Shown: positions 61,815 through 64,000 of the stretch, piece after piece
Layout: each line of letters begins with the position of its first letter
Numbering within the stretch: the stretch's first letter is position 1
Assembly (NCBI GenBank): GCA_021613535.1
Contig: CP075495.1
Span: forward strand, 806,001 to 870,000
From: Adineta vaga
Lineage: Eukaryota; Animalia; Rotifera
Direction of reading: 5' to 3'
Length of the DNA stretch: 64,000 nucleotides
The notes under the pieces: model-generated
Told to the model about the DNA's origin: nothing
Database searches by the model: none
The model's input: the letters and a program-made list of their open reading frames with translations, nothing else
Made by a program: the position numbers and the translations under genes

Positions 61815-63086
61815 GGGTGAATTGCAAAATTATTGTACCGTTTGGGGTAAAGAATCGACGAAAAAAAGTTTTTCGATTTTGAACTCGATCGGTGCTGTTT
61901 TTAGTTGTACTATATGAGAGGAGAAAACGTATAAATTTCCCCGACTACTGTATTTAGTATAGCTCTGATATACGAGAAACATTAAAAAATGCATTGAATT
62001 ACTATGCTCCTGTTGGATCGGAAAATGGCTTAAATATTAGAAATTCGCAGAATGTGCAGAAAATACTTCAGTTTATATATAGAAACCACTTAGGTCATAT
62101 CACTTGAACATCATTCAGAGTCAAGTTTAATGAAGCGCAATCATACAAACTCTCTTCGTGCATTGTTCTTTATATGAAATCCCTCAGTTAACATGTGTGA
62201 ATTATAAGAAATAAATTTTAGTGTACTAGCACGTGCTGTGATGGTTCCTTAAACAGAACATCAAGTGATATGTACTGTGTGTACTTCAGCGTTAGTTTTG
62301 TGCTAACAATGAACAGAAAAATCTAAACTAACAGTACCTTAGAATCTCGTATGACATTTTTACACTATTTGCTCGAATTTCGTACAAAAGATACGTTTTC
62401 TAATGGCAATATTTTCAACAATAGTCCACTATAACTAGCAGATAAAATGATAAAAATTTCAGTTCAATCTGCTTTAGTTGATAGGAGTTATAGAATAAAC
62501 AAAATATAAAATCTCGTGTGACATTTAGTGTGACAACTAGATTTTTAGATTTTACTTGATGTTTCTGTTTTAACACAAGTAAGTGAAATGTTTTCATTGT
62601 TTTACTGGTTTTATTTCCCACTCATAACCTTCCATTTAAAGCGTGTCCGACAGATTTTGAATATCTTGTTACATCGCAAAGACGTTTTTAAATTTCGTGT
62701 GACACTATATTGACTTTAGATAATACACATAGTATTTGGAAAAAAAACGTAACAAACTGTGATGAAAGAACGAACCAATTTAATATTAGCCATGTGCATA
62801 CTGCCTACTATAAATGTCAACTAGTTTGAAAATTCAAATGATAGGAAATGGGTCAGTTATAGGTCATTTTCTGTCCATAGGTGGGAGCAGGAATCAGTTA
62901 TTTTACCCTTGTATATGCAGTATCTCAGGATTGGCTAGCGATAAATTCCTGATTTTTTGTGTGGTAGTGAGCATCAACTAGAGTAACATATTCAGAAATT
63001 TTCATAAAGATTGATCAATAGGAACGCGAGTTATTCACGTTTTACTAATATGGCTACGAACGGTACAATAATTTTGCAATTCACCC
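61815..63086 (-). mobile_element. 1272-bp TIR DNA transposon (Sola-like) with decayed transposase
   Basis: Perfect 28-bp TIR GGGTGAATTGCAAAATTATTGTACCGTT; ATAT on both flanks (AWWT-type TSD); minus-strand relic LDFS...EVHTVH. Confidence 0.8.
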
Positions 63087-63285
63087 ATATATATCACAAT
63101 CCAGTGAAGACATGAAAAGTTTCCAACTTATTCATTGTAAGGCTGTCGTCGCAAAAGTTCTCGAATTCATTTTTTACTTTTCTTTGTAGTAAGATGAACG
63201 AAATTATGAGACGAAGGAAATACTCGAAGCTACACTACCGCCCTCGCGTAGAAATATTATTTATTGAATAAATTTTTTCTTATTA

Positions 63286-64000
63286 TTAGGATTTCATCTT
63301 TGTACGTTCGACGTTTCTTTTATAGGTTTGACGATCGGGATGTTCCGAAGATAATGATTGTTTTGCAATTTCCAAAGCATCTTGAAAAAATAAGGAAGCT
63401 TCGGAATAATTTTTCATATTTTCATGCATCAAACCAACGTTATTATAAATTGGTGCTAGATCAGGATGATTAGAAGGAAGTGATTGTTGATTAATTTTAA
63501 GTGTTTTTTTATAATATAAAAGTGCATTGCGATAATCGCCCATATTGTAATGCATATTACCAATGTTTCCGTAGGATTTACCCAACTCTGGATGATTCGA
63601 TGGAAATGATTTTTGAACAATCTCTCGAGCTTTTTCAAAATACGGAAGAGCTTTTTCATATTCACCTATTGCACCATAAACTGTACCGATGTTGTTATAG
63701 GATGTTGCCAAATGAACATGAGTACATGGAAGTGATTGTTCACGGATTGCAAGAGCTTTTTCATGAAATGAAAGTGATTTTGAATAATCACCCATGTTAA
63801 AATATACCAAACCAATATTGTTGTACGATGAAGCCAAATTAGAAGGATTAGAAGGAAGAATATTTTTATAAATAGCAAGTGATTTTTCATAGAATTCAAT
63901 TGCTTCTTGATATTTTGCTTGCCTATTTCTGATTGTACCAAGTTGGTGATAAAATGATGCTTTCTTACCTTCATTCTTTGTTTCAGCGAGTAGCATTTGA
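63286..64000 (-). CDS. TPR-repeat C-terminus (kinesin light chain/nephrocystin-3-type 42-aa repeats); gene runs off the window
   Basis: Repeats of LP.NHP.LA.SYNNIG.VY..MG.Y.KAL..Y.KAL.I. Confidence 0.9.
   Translation of the reverse strand, partial: QMLLAETKNEGKKASFYHQLGTIRNRQAKYQEAIEFYEKSLAIYKNILPSNPSNLASSYNNIGLVYFNMGDYSKSLSFHEKALAIREQSLPCTHVHLATSYNNIGTVYGAIGEYEKALPYFEKAREIVQKSFPSNHPELGKSYGNIGNMHYNMGDYRNALLYYKKTLKINQQSLPSNHPDLAPIYNNVGLMHENMKNYSEASLFFQDALEIAKQSLSSEHPDRQTYKRNVERTKMKS

Noticed and set aside
1-64000. Alternative genetic code (TGA or TAG reassigned) to explain in-frame stops
   Set aside because: Intact genes terminate with TAA, TAG and TGA and use TGG for Trp; long ORFs lack internal stops
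1-64000. Bacterial or fungal contamination as the source of foreign-type genes
   Set aside because: They share AT content and intron style with neighbouring animal genes and are interleaved with them; read-level confirmation is still desirable
1-64000. tRNA, rRNA or other ncRNA genes
   Set aside because: None recognised by eye; tRNAscan-SE and Infernal would be needed to exclude them

Overview
AT-rich eukaryotic genomic DNA with short (about 45-65 nt) GT-AG introns, conserved animal genes (CFAP45, CHMP4/Snf7, GID8, BRI3-like, rhodopsin-class GPCRs) and many genes typical of non-metazoans (CYP710/CYP61-type sterol C-22 desaturase, App1 phosphatidate phosphatase, FCY2-type permease, GPR1/FUN34/SatP transporter, bacterial-type SDR, DraG-type ADP-ribosylhydrolase). 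This mix, plus the expanded F-box/LRR, TPR and pseudo-receiver families, points to a bdelloid rotifer (inference). The top candidate for a new system is a head-to-head gene pair at 47.5-52.2 kb. Both genes begin with a similar PB1/beta-grasp-like domain. One continues into a pseudo-receiver domain. The other, once spliced, fuses a USP deubiquitinase to a divergent Rel-homology (NF-kB-like) DNA-binding domain and an NLS. Other highlights are three tandem nucleoredoxins with diverged active sites, a decayed ARH-stonustoxin/MACPF-like fusion between inverted repeats, an Smr protein with both myristoylation and CaaX signals, a pair of new secreted acidic peptides, and three TIR transposons with readable ends and target-site duplications. 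Many single-base indels, including one in conserved GID8, suggest consensus errors, so some pseudogene calls are provisional. All family assignments come from motif recognition by eye, not database searches.
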